DNA from: an uncultured virus (IMG/VR IMGVR_UViG_3300038335_000131) | Lineage: Duplodnaviria > Heunggongvirae > Uroviricota > Caudoviricetes | IMG/VR virus record: IMGVR_UViG_3300038335_000131 | Coordinates: 1-64,000 of that record | DNA: 64,000 nt | Reading direction: 5' to 3' (one strand) | Shown: positions 19,568 through 28,218 of the stretch, in pieces | Position numbering within the stretch: position 1 is the stretch's first letter | Layout of the letters: each line of letters opens with the position of its first letter | Made by a program: the position numbers and the translations under genes | The notes under the pieces: model-generated | The model's input: the letters and a program-made list of their open reading frames with translations, nothing else | The model's database searches: none | Told to the model about the DNA's origin: nothing

Positions 19568-19765
19568 CTATAAAGCGGCGATCATCAGCGCAATACTCGC
19601 TGCAGCACCTATGCCTGAAGCCGCCAATGATACTGTTTGGTTTTGTTCTTGAGCCGCTAAATCTTTATTTTGCTGGTTTATTCTTTGTTCGTCCGCAGAT
19701 TCCCTGATAAAACCGGACAAAGCCTTATTCTTATAAGCCTCTCCCGTACTTAATAAACCTTCCAT
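19568..19765 (-). CDS. Small internal virion protein
   Basis: Gly/Ala hydrophobic C-terminus; synteny. Confidence 0.55.
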   Translation of the reverse strand: MEGLLSTGEAYKNKALSGFIRESADEQRINQQNKDLAAQEQNQTVSLAASGIGAAASIALMIAAL

Positions 19766-19770
19766 GATTA

Positions 19771-20304
19771 TTACCTCACTATATTGGGATTGGGCGTTGT
19801 GCCCAAAAGTATCTGCTCATCCATGGCCCGGACACCTGCCCGGGTTCTGTTCTTCGCACTTGCCGTAGCTGCGGCCTCGTTTATATTTATAAGTCTCTTG
19901 TTCGTGGCTTCCTGCTGGCGCGTTGGAACAATCCCGAGCCCTCTATTCTGACGTTCCAATACTCCGCCCATGACGCCATAAGAATCGGAAACAGTCTTCC
20001 TTGCCTCGTCTAAAGCAGTCGGCAATACGGAAGAATTATTAAAAGACAACTGGTTTAATGCCTCCAGTTCGATAGGCATATAGGTATTCTGCCAGTCCTC
20101 AAATTGTGCCTGTAAAAGCTTCCCTGTTTTAAGGGCGACTTCGTTTACTATTGGTTTTGCTTCGGGAAAAAGCATTTGCCCTATCCCTTGGATGGCCCCG
20201 GAAGCACCGCCTGTCAAGGTAGAGGCGATAGTCTGATTAGTGCTCCCTGTCCCTATTCCACCGGCAAAATTTTCTAACAAAAGATCATTTGTGCTTTGTG
20301 CCAT
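19771..20304 (-). CDS. Putative internal virion protein
   Basis: AAGGAG SD, synteny. Confidence 0.55.
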   Translation of the reverse strand: MAQSTNDLLLENFAGGIGTGSTNQTIASTLTGGASGAIQGIGQMLFPEAKPIVNEVALKTGKLLQAQFEDWQNTYMPIELEALNQLSFNNSSVLPTALDEARKTVSDSYGVMGGVLERQNRGLGIVPTRQQEATNKRLININEAAATASAKNRTRAGVRAMDEQILLGTTPNPNIVR

Positions 20305-20315
20305 AATATTACTCC

Positions 20316-20882
20316 TTACGGTAAAGTAATCTCTGGTTTTTTCTTCGGTATCTTCATTGATCCGTACATCCCGGCAGCGGCCAATGTCCCAATCGTTGAG
20401 CCGATTGCATTTTCTTCTGTTGCTATAACTTCTTCCTCCCGCGCTTTATCTCTGATCGCGTCCTCAACGGACATACTGGCCAATTCATCCAGTCCGGCCA
20501 TGGTCTTAGTGGTCTGTCCTCTGCCGATATTAATTATATTCTGCTTTTCTGCTATTTTCTTTGAATCAACCGCGGTTTTCCCTCCCACTTGCGCGTCAGC
20601 GCCGACATCAGCGAGGGCAAGCATATTCTTTGTATTTACCACGGCATTAGTAGCAGATTGTGGTTTGGCGGCCTTCATAACGTCCGCGTTTATCTGCCCG
20701 GCCATTTTATTCTTCTCAATTGCCGTAGTGCCCTTATCTGTTCTCGAAGCGATATACTTACTGATTACAGGTTTGTAGTTTGTCTGGTAATAATCCCACA
20801 TCTTGTCGTTGATATCGGCCTGCACCTGTTGATCGTAAGTCGGTCCTTGCTGTTGTGATCCGCCCATACACATAATAATCAC
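20316..20882 (-). CDS. Putative internal virion protein
   Basis: MCMGGS-type N-terminus, Gly/Ala-rich C-terminus. Confidence 0.55.
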   Translation of the reverse strand: MIIMCMGGSQQQGPTYDQQVQADINDKMWDYYQTNYKPVISKYIASRTDKGTTAIEKNKMAGQINADVMKAAKPQSATNAVVNTKNMLALADVGADAQVGGKTAVDSKKIAEKQNIINIGRGQTTKTMAGLDELASMSVEDAIRDKAREEEVIATEENAIGSTIGTLAAAGMYGSMKIPKKKPEITLP

Positions 20883-21322
20883 GCTCCTTTCTTCTCGTAC
20901 TTATCAATAAATCCATCAGTCTCAATAAGGTTAAAACCCATTGTATTGAACCAGTCGGATTCATTCTCGCCAATCGTAAACAGTTCGATTATTCCTTTCC
21001 CCTCGGTATAATCATTAACTATAAAGTCACTCGCCTTTTTGAAAAACTTCGTTAACGAGATCCATATCGATTTAAACCCTTCCTCGGTAGCCGCGAACTG
21101 TGTCCGCCATTTCATTTCACCCACGGGCTCCATAATAAAGACAGCGCAACATACTCCGGCTTTATGAAAGGCAGTCGCCCAGGGCTTACCGGCCATACTC
21201 TTGAATTTACGTTTCGCTTCCTCAACTGACGATCCCATAATAATCAATTCTTCGTGGCCGCGAGACCAGAGGTTATCAAAAATACTGTCAACATCTTCTT
21301 TTGTTAAATTCTCTACGTTCAT
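20879..21322 (-). CDS. GNAT-like tail assembly protein (T7 gp13-like position)
   Basis: Size, position before ejection proteins, W...MGF C-terminal motif. Confidence 0.5.
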   Translation of the reverse strand: MNVENLTKEDVDSIFDNLWSRGHEELIIMGSSVEEAKRKFKSMAGKPWATAFHKAGVCCAVFIMEPVGEMKWRTQFAATEEGFKSIWISLTKFFKKASDFIVNDYTEGKGIIELFTIGENESDWFNTMGFNLIETDGFIDKYEKKGA

Positions 21323-22008
21323 ACACTGACGACCTTTTCATGTTTTATCCGTACTTCAGGATCGACGTATATTTTGAATCCTTTTTCTTTTATCCGGAAA
21401 CAGAAGCCGGCATCGTCGGTCATTACATCCGCCATCTTCGTGCCGTTCTCTTCCCATTCATACGTCCAACCGGTAAACCACGGATAAGTAAGGGCTTCAA
21501 AAACCCCCTTCTTAATAACCATCAAACCCATTCCGGCATAATCAACTTCAAGCAATCCCTTTTCGTTACGTGGCATATTCGCCATTTCGTTCACTAAGTA
21601 CGGACGTGAATCACTTCTGCCATTCTCTAATTTCCAAAGACCGCAAGCTGTTTTATTGGTATCGTCCAACTGACCATCTGAATACTGGCGATACCATGCG
21701 GCGACGATATCAACGTCATGCGCGATAAGTTTATTGATCGCCTTCGGATTGATTATATTGTCCGAATCAACCCAAATAATACGGTCGTAATCCTCGTAAA
21801 CTCCTTCAAATGGTTTCTGGTCTATCCGGCTATTCGCCTCTTCTTTTAAGCAACCGTTTCTAACTACGTAAATATTACAGCTCTTCGCCTGCTTTATTCC
21901 CACTGCTTTGCCCTGATTCATTAAATCAATCATGGCCACATTCACATTTACCGCCTGTTTTCCGCTTGACGGATTGCCGGGCAAACAAAATATATAATCA
22001 ACTTTCAT
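21319..22008 (-). CDS. Glycosyltransferase family 2-like (GT-A fold)
   Basis: RN, WVDSD (DxD), GMGLMVIKKGVFE, DDAGFC..IYVDP....H motifs. Confidence 0.75.
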   Translation of the reverse strand: MKVDYIFCLPGNPSSGKQAVNVNVAMIDLMNQGKAVGIKQAKSCNIYVVRNGCLKEEANSRIDQKPFEGVYEDYDRIIWVDSDNIINPKAINKLIAHDVDIVAAWYRQYSDGQLDDTNKTACGLWKLENGRSDSRPYLVNEMANMPRNEKGLLEVDYAGMGLMVIKKGVFEALTYPWFTGWTYEWEENGTKMADVMTDDAGFCFRIKEKGFKIYVDPEVRIKHEKVVSV

Positions 22009-22016
22009 CCCGTCTC

Positions 22017-22376
22017 CTACGTATCAACATTAATTCCGTTATCGTCTATTGTTAAAGTGGCCTTTGGCGCCAACGTCCGTCTGCAAATTGTGCATGACGT
22101 TGTTCCCTCGGCTATAACGACACTTACTTCAGCGGCAACGGTATCTTTATTATAGATAAAGACGGTCTTAACCATCCGAAGAATCAGCGACGGGACGCCT
22201 ACTATCGTTATCTCCGTCGATCCGGACAATGTTCCCTTGTCGCTTCCGGGCAAATCATCATCGGCAAGCACATCGATAAAGTGAGTGGAGAACTCCGGTT
22301 GATTCGTAGTTATTGATGAAGTCAAAACCGCCGCCAATGTTTCTCCAGCATTCAAAACAATCATATTCCAAACCAC
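22017..22376 (-). CDS. Hypothetical beta-rich virion protein
   Basis: ORF in structural operon. Confidence 0.5.
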   Translation of the reverse strand: MVWNMIVLNAGETLAAVLTSSITTNQPEFSTHFIDVLADDDLPGSDKGTLSGSTEITIVGVPSLILRMVKTVFIYNKDTVAAEVSVVIAEGTTSCTICRRTLAPKATLTIDDNGINVDT

Positions 22377-22687
22377 CTTTGATATCTGTGTCTGTGTCGT
22401 GATATTCTGAGCCAGACACTCGCTACCTGTCGATAAAGCACATCATTTGTTATGTCGTAATACAGATCATAATTATTCCTCAGCGCCGTCGGTTGGCCTG
22501 CGCCGGCATATACGGAAACACCACTGACCGCCGTTACAGTCGGCGTAGTGACCTGGGAGCCAACGGTTGTTGTGGCCGGAGAAGAAGCCGCAACCAAGGT
22601 CTTAAAATATCCCCTGATATTTTCAAGTGTCCGCTGAACGTCTTTAAACGATCTTATTTGTCCGATTACAGGGACATCATTACTCAT
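22361..22687 (-). CDS. Hypothetical virion protein
   Basis: ORF coupled to neighbours; G.P....DLYYD...LY motif. Confidence 0.5.
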   Translation of the reverse strand: MSNDVPVIGQIRSFKDVQRTLENIRGYFKTLVAASSPATTTVGSQVTTPTVTAVSGVSVYAGAGQPTALRNNYDLYYDITNDVLYRQVASVWLRISRHRHRYQRWFGI

Positions 22688-23628
22688 ATCGGTAATTCCT
22701 CCATTGTGGACGCCAGATATACCGCCGTCACCCCTTCAAGCGGATTAACTCTCACTTCAACCGCTTCCATTAAGAATCCCTTTACGCGAACAGGTTTCTT
22801 ACTCGTTACCTCAGTGGTTATAGTATAAGGTATATCGGGAAAGACCAGATCGACCGTTACCGGATATTTTGTCGCCAATACCTGCATTACGCCTATGCTG
22901 TTCGGATTGAATTCATATCTTTTAGATAGATAGGTCGCGTCCCTGTACGTATTTGCGGTAGCAAAAGAGACTATTCCAAATAATCTTGTGGCTACTTCCG
23001 CGACAACGACCGCTCCCACGGTTAATGTGGTATTCCCTGAAATGCCTCCGTATGTTGCTGTAATGGTTGTTTGACCGTCGGCTAAAGACACCGCGAATCC
23101 CGAACTGTCTATTGTGGCAACCGTTGTATTTGAAGAAGCCCACGTGCAGGAAGCCGCCGCAAGTGCAACCTCGGAAGCGTCACTGTAAACTCCCGTGGCT
23201 GAATATTGTTGAGTATCACCCTCGGTAATAGTTGTATTGCTTGGTGTCAGATAGACGGATTCAAGAGTAATTACATCAAGAGTCGCGGTACCGGATACAC
23301 CTCCATAGGTTGCTGTGATCGTTACTTCCCCATCATCTACAGCCGTGGCCAATCCGCCGCTGGCTATCGTGGCAACATCCGTATCGGAAGAAGTGAACGT
23401 GCAAACGGAAGTGAGATCCTGTGTTGTGCTGTTATTATAAGTTCCGGTAGCAGTATATTGTTGAGTTTCGCCGGCCTTTAATGTTTTGGTGTTTGGCGTC
23501 ACGGCAATGGAAACGAGTTGGACCGTATCTAAAACAACGTAACCGACCACCTTGGATATATTTACGCCTTTCGGCGGGGATAATACCCCATAACCAATGA
23601 TTTTAGATATATTTATACCTGATCCCAT
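22684..23628 (-). CDS. Two Ig-like (Big_2) domains fused to a tail-nozzle-like C-terminal domain
   Basis: Repeated SI.VTP...G.TQQY.ATG.Y...SS...VATI...G.A.....G...ITATYGG.SG. Confidence 0.75.
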   Translation of the reverse strand: MGSGINISKIIGYGVLSPPKGVNISKVVGYVVLDTVQLVSIAVTPNTKTLKAGETQQYTATGTYNNSTTQDLTSVCTFTSSDTDVATIASGGLATAVDDGEVTITATYGGVSGTATLDVITLESVYLTPSNTTITEGDTQQYSATGVYSDASEVALAAASCTWASSNTTVATIDSSGFAVSLADGQTTITATYGGISGNTTLTVGAVVVAEVATRLFGIVSFATANTYRDATYLSKRYEFNPNSIGVMQVLATKYPVTVDLVFPDIPYTITTEVTSKKPVRVKGFLMEAVEVRVNPLEGVTAVYLASTMEELPI

Positions 23629-24599
23629 TAGGTAGCAGACCTCACGTTTAGTTGAAGTGCGTTCATTTCGGATTGCAACCAGGCATTGCCAGTTACGGGA
23701 TTTGTATTATTAAGAGATTCATAGGTGGCCCATGCGGTCGTAAGAGTTTGGTCTGCTCCGACGGCTACAGTACCGCCCGAATTATAACCCAAGGCAAGTT
23801 TTCCGATTGAGGCATCCACTGTTTTACAGGCTCGGCAAGCAATCTTCACGGCTTTGATAGCGAATGTTCCCGCTGGTAAATCGCTCACATTAAATTGCTG
23901 ATCTTTTCCAGCAGTGTCGGTATAATTTCCATCTGCGTCATTTATTGTTGTTTCATCAACGGCACTATAATCGCCCACCATGTCGGTTGTCGTGCCATCA
24001 CTGGTAGGAACAAGTTTTGCTAACCTCATTGTACGTGTATCTTCGTCTGCTACGATAATTTCAGATATAACAGGATTCATATTTGTTGTTCCATATGCCC
24101 CAAGCATGATGCAATCAAAACCTGAAACGCCAGTTACCGATAAGTTTCCCGTATAGGTAACCACAAGAACCCCGTTAGCATAGACATTAATTGTTCCTGT
24201 TGCACCGTAATCAATAAGTTGGAGATCAATAAATATTCCACTCACAAAATGGTTTCCGCTTTCTTCTGCTAATTTAGTCCATGATGTTACATATTTCCAA
24301 ATGGCGAATTTTGAGTCTGACGTTCCGCTTCCAACCCATAATCCTTTGTATGCTGTACCAAAAGAACCAAGACCCAAAAATTTATTATTGTTAAATCCTT
24401 GATTACCCTGATAATAACGTAACCAACAAGAAGTAACAGCACCACTAGGAAATTGAGTTGACGTTGCCGCCCCACCATCTCCAATAGATATTCCCGCCCT
24501 TGCATACGATGCATCAAAAGTTCCAGCGGTTGTATTCACGAAACAACCAGTAAAAGTCGGGAAATCTATATCTTCTCCACCAAACCATAAAATTGCCAT
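23628..24599 (-). CDS. Beta-rich accessory virion protein
   Basis: GGAGG SD before MAILWFGGED. Confidence 0.6.
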   Translation of the reverse strand: MAILWFGGEDIDFPTFTGCFVNTTAGTFDASYARAGISIGDGGAATSTQFPSGAVTSCWLRYYQGNQGFNNNKFLGLGSFGTAYKGLWVGSGTSDSKFAIWKYVTSWTKLAEESGNHFVSGIFIDLQLIDYGATGTINVYANGVLVVTYTGNLSVTGVSGFDCIMLGAYGTTNMNPVISEIIVADEDTRTMRLAKLVPTSDGTTTDMVGDYSAVDETTINDADGNYTDTAGKDQQFNVSDLPAGTFAIKAVKIACRACKTVDASIGKLALGYNSGGTVAVGADQTLTTAWATYESLNNTNPVTGNAWLQSEMNALQLNVRSAT

Positions 24600-24609
24600 A
24601 ATGCCTCCG

Positions 24610-26148
24610 TTACTCCAAAACCAAGAATAATACTCCGGTGCCGGGATCACGATATCCCGCCGCAGCATAAAAAGTTAAATCCGTAAGGTCTTTGCTTTTA
24701 ATATCGAACATAAACCCCGATTTGACGCCGTTGTTCTCATAAAATCCAATGTATTTACCTTCCCAATAATAGCCGTTGATAGTCTCGGGATTGTATAAAT
24801 CCTGCCAGTCCTTCCTCGTCATTACGCCCTCTGTAATGACTTCTCTTATCCCTGAACCGATTGCCACCAATCCTTCAGGAGAAGGATAAACAATAACGTC
24901 GCCAGCCTGAACAGTGCCCTTTTTCGACATACAGGAATGGCCTAAGTCCATTGTTTCCATAACTACATTGGAAGGATCGTTGCCGACTGCCAGATAGGGA
25001 ACTCCGGAAGTAAGAACGCCTACGGTAGTTCCAAAGGCACCGAGCGCGACAATCGCGTGATCCGTTGATTTTTGATAACTTGCCGGCCATGCGTGAGGAT
25101 ATCCGGGCACGGAATAGCAAAGCAGATTTCCGACAAATCCGACCAGTGAACCATTCGGAAGCGCTATTATTCCCTGAATTCCCACAGGCGGAGCGTCCCA
25201 TTCCGTTGTTGCCAGGACTTCGCCTAACGCGGAATCAAGAACAGTGTCGCTATAACCCGTGTCCGTAATGTCCACTTCTGCTACAAACTGATATTGCGCT
25301 CCGGTTGAACTTTGATTCAGCCGGTAGATTCTTTTCTTAGTGATATTGTATTTCTGCGTAGCGGTATCTGGCGATAAAGCCATTGCCGATATAGTGGCGG
25401 TATTCCCGTCGAAAATGTCAATCAGTGTTGAAACCGGAGAAGGTGGGCCTTCTGCTCCGTACCCATTAACAAAAGTATAAACATATCCTCTTGTCTCCAT
25501 CAGGGTTTGATCTTGAACGCCGGTTGCTATTACCGCTCCGTCTCCGGTTTGAGTGGAAACTGCGGGGTTTGATGTATAAACGCCGCCGGTAGCAAGATTG
25601 ACTGCGGTTATAAGATTGCTTGCTATTGTATATGTGCCGGTCGCTCCTGAACCGCCGCCGCCGGAAAAAATTAAATTATAAGTCCCGTCTGCTTCAATAC
25701 AATTTGAATCGGTTATTGTAAGAGCCGTTACCGCTGTTAATATGCTCTCTGCTACAACGGTCGGCGCAGTGGTTGGCGCCGGGGGGCATGGATTATAAGA
25801 TTCCATCGGGTAGGCGTTGCCACCCTCTTTGTATTTATTTTTATCAGTAACTTTAAATTCGCCATTCTCAGTATAATAAACCCTTCCATAAACATCAGCC
25901 GGATCGGGCGCGGCGCAAACATCAACATCCGACAACCATGTGAAGAAATTACCGTCAGAGTAACGATAGATAGTCAATAAGGTACCTACCTTTACCTGAT
26001 CGGCCATTGGCAAATCATTTCTCAGGGCAGTCACACCGCCACGGTCAAAGCGGCAGTTTGCGGCCTCTTGTGACCGATTCTCCGGAAGAACTGCAGGATC
26101 GAGAATTTGCGGAACACGACCGCCAAATTTGTCAACTCTAATAAGCAT
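24610..26148 (-). CDS. Tail tubular B / nozzle-like protein (N-terminal part)
   Basis: YVYTFVN.YG.EGPPSP, RIYR, G...LPNG...GF.GN.LC.S.P..PHAWP motifs. Confidence 0.7.
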   Translation of the reverse strand: MLIRVDKFGGRVPQILDPAVLPENRSQEAANCRFDRGGVTALRNDLPMADQVKVGTLLTIYRYSDGNFFTWLSDVDVCAAPDPADVYGRVYYTENGEFKVTDKNKYKEGGNAYPMESYNPCPPAPTTAPTVVAESILTAVTALTITDSNCIEADGTYNLIFSGGGGSGATGTYTIASNLITAVNLATGGVYTSNPAVSTQTGDGAVIATGVQDQTLMETRGYVYTFVNGYGAEGPPSPVSTLIDIFDGNTATISAMALSPDTATQKYNITKKRIYRLNQSSTGAQYQFVAEVDITDTGYSDTVLDSALGEVLATTEWDAPPVGIQGIIALPNGSLVGFVGNLLCYSVPGYPHAWPASYQKSTDHAIVALGAFGTTVGVLTSGVPYLAVGNDPSNVVMETMDLGHSCMSKKGTVQAGDVIVYPSPEGLVAIGSGIREVITEGVMTRKDWQDLYNPETINGYYWEGKYIGFYENNGVKSGFMFDIKSKDLTDLTFYAAAGYRDPGTGVLFLVLE

Positions 26149-26903
26149 TACTGTTTAGCTCCTATCTTTTTTTCAGTAGCGGCCATAACGCCCAAATCCT
26201 GTAAATACTTATTGTAATATGACGATGCTTTCGCTTGCGCGTTGGGAACAGTCGTCTCTTCGGCCAAACAACGATAAATTAAATAGTCCACCGCTGCCGG
26301 CTTAAATGAATCATCAAAAGGAATATCCGTTGATCCCGAAGTTATTTCCGCAGGCATTTCGCTCAGGAGAAGTTTAACCCTGCCGGTTCCCGTCGCCGGT
26401 TGAGGCGGGAATGTATAAAATACTTTCGGGTTCTGTTCGTCCTTGACTATATGAGCAACTGTCGCATTCCCTGTCGCTACCGGCCATCCCGGATATATAA
26501 GATCAAGGGTTTTCTTGGGAATTATGGTTACAGCCACGCCAACCACTTCCGTAGTACCCGACAAAGTAATATTATAAAGACTGTCCAGCAAAGCAATTCC
26601 CACAGTCGGCAAAGTCTGTCTTGCTCCGGAAACCAGTGTTATTGTTGCTTCAACCGGATAGGCTTCTGGTTTTAGATTAACAGTCTCCTGCACAAACAAA
26701 TTAATGTAAGGAAGCATTTTTGACGGTGGCCAATTTATCCCGAATTCATCTTTTAATTGTTCGGAAACGAGTAAAAATAAATCGCCCAGGTCTCCGGAAG
26801 GAGAAACTTCCCCACCTGCGGGAGTTCCACCGTCAATGTTTGTGCTGATTTCGCCTTCTGCTCCCTCACCTGTTACAAGGGTCCCTGTCACTTCCCAACT
26901 CAT
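26148..26903 (-). CDS. Head-tail adaptor / tail tubular A-like protein
   Basis: L.D....W...LL.YIN, RQTLP, FYTFPP, A.VDY..YR motifs. Confidence 0.65.
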   Translation of the reverse strand: MSWEVTGTLVTGEGAEGEISTNIDGGTPAGGEVSPSGDLGDLFLLVSEQLKDEFGINWPPSKMLPYINLFVQETVNLKPEAYPVEATITLVSGARQTLPTVGIALLDSLYNITLSGTTEVVGVAVTIIPKKTLDLIYPGWPVATGNATVAHIVKDEQNPKVFYTFPPQPATGTGRVKLLLSEMPAEITSGSTDIPFDDSFKPAAVDYLIYRCLAEETTVPNAQAKASSYYNKYLQDLGVMAATEKKIGAKQ

Positions 26904-28210
26904 GAGTGAATTACCTCCGTAGTAGGATTAACAAAATTGACTCCTGACTTGAATTTCCACAAATAAACAGTGGTTCCGGCCGGTAGATTCGGATAAAAAG
27001 TAACCTGCCCTAGTTCATCTGTGGTGCCTTTATGAATAGGATTTGCCATTGCGGAGTCGGTTGACATTATAACCAGACAATCGGCGCAATATACCCCGCC
27101 GGTCGTCGTTACCGTGTATAGATGTGCAACGGGAGCAGTACCAACACCGATAGCGGCAATAGTGCTTACAATTGAGGTGAGAGAAGCGGGAAGCGTTGTT
27201 CCGGTATCTTCAAGAATAGAAGCAATCGAACCACCTGCCGCTTCGATAGCGGTCTTAACATCCGCCGCGCTGTGGCTTGATCTGGTTGAAATCTTCGCGT
27301 CAATATTTGCGAGTTCCACTGCCAGATTTGTCCTGACTGCGGCAGCAATGGCTAATAAAGTTAAACCTGAGAGGTCTGGATTAACAGACGCAATCTTATT
27401 TGTTATCGCTATGAGAACTTTCTCGCTATCTGTTTCGTCAATGATTTCCGCTTCAACCTTATTAGCGACTGCCAGTAACGCCGTCGCATTGGGAGCGTCA
27501 ATCAAATCCATCTTATCGCCTGCTTTAGCGGGTGCATAAGCCGCCTGTGTCCCTGCCAATGTTACAACTGGTTCGCCGTTAATTGCGGGAGTTGCTATAT
27601 TCTGGCCACCCCATTGAGCGACATTAACAGCTTGATTAGCAGTTATTGTTTGGGCCGTGCCGGGTTTAGATACTGTGGAATCTTTGGCCATATCGTCATA
27701 TACTTTAGCCAGTCCCTTTGAAGCATTGGCGAGAATTACATTATTATCGGCTCCCTGATTGACACACGCGGTTGTAAATACAGGAGCAGCTACATCGAGG
27801 AATTTCTTAAGTGCCGCCGCTAAATATCCTGCACCTGTTTCCGTAAGAGTAGTTCCGAGGATCTTCACAAGGTCGACTTCATTAAATCTATTCTCAATCG
27901 AAAAATGAGCTAATACGGTACCCACAACACTTATAGAGTTAACTGTGCCCGTGGTTATGACTACCTGATAATCGTTGGCTATGGCGTAGAAAGCATCTGC
28001 GGAAAGGTCTATAAGGACATTGTTAAGTCCTGTAACGCCGTCAAAATCAGCCGTCAAAGTTATTCCCGCTGTCGATTGTGTCGTACTGTTTGCTTTATAG
28101 ACTGATATTGCACCGTCGGTTAAGGCAATAGGCGTCCCATCTGCTTTATGGGTAGAAAATTTAAAATTGAGTGTTGCGTAATCTTCTGTATAATTTCCAA
28201 GATATTGCAT
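26900..28210 (-). CDS. Accessory virion protein
   Basis: Ala/Thr-rich 436-aa ORF between adaptor genes. Confidence 0.55.
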   Translation of the reverse strand: MQYLGNYTEDYATLNFKFSTHKADGTPIALTDGAISVYKANSTTQSTAGITLTADFDGVTGLNNVLIDLSADAFYAIANDYQVVITTGTVNSISVVGTVLAHFSIENRFNEVDLVKILGTTLTETGAGYLAAALKKFLDVAAPVFTTACVNQGADNNVILANASKGLAKVYDDMAKDSTVSKPGTAQTITANQAVNVAQWGGQNIATPAINGEPVVTLAGTQAAYAPAKAGDKMDLIDAPNATALLAVANKVEAEIIDETDSEKVLIAITNKIASVNPDLSGLTLLAIAAAVRTNLAVELANIDAKISTRSSHSAADVKTAIEAAGGSIASILEDTGTTLPASLTSIVSTIAAIGVGTAPVAHLYTVTTTGGVYCADCLVIMSTDSAMANPIHKGTTDELGQVTFYPNLPAGTTVYLWKFKSGVNFVNPTTEVIHS

Positions 28211-28218
28211 ATTGACTC

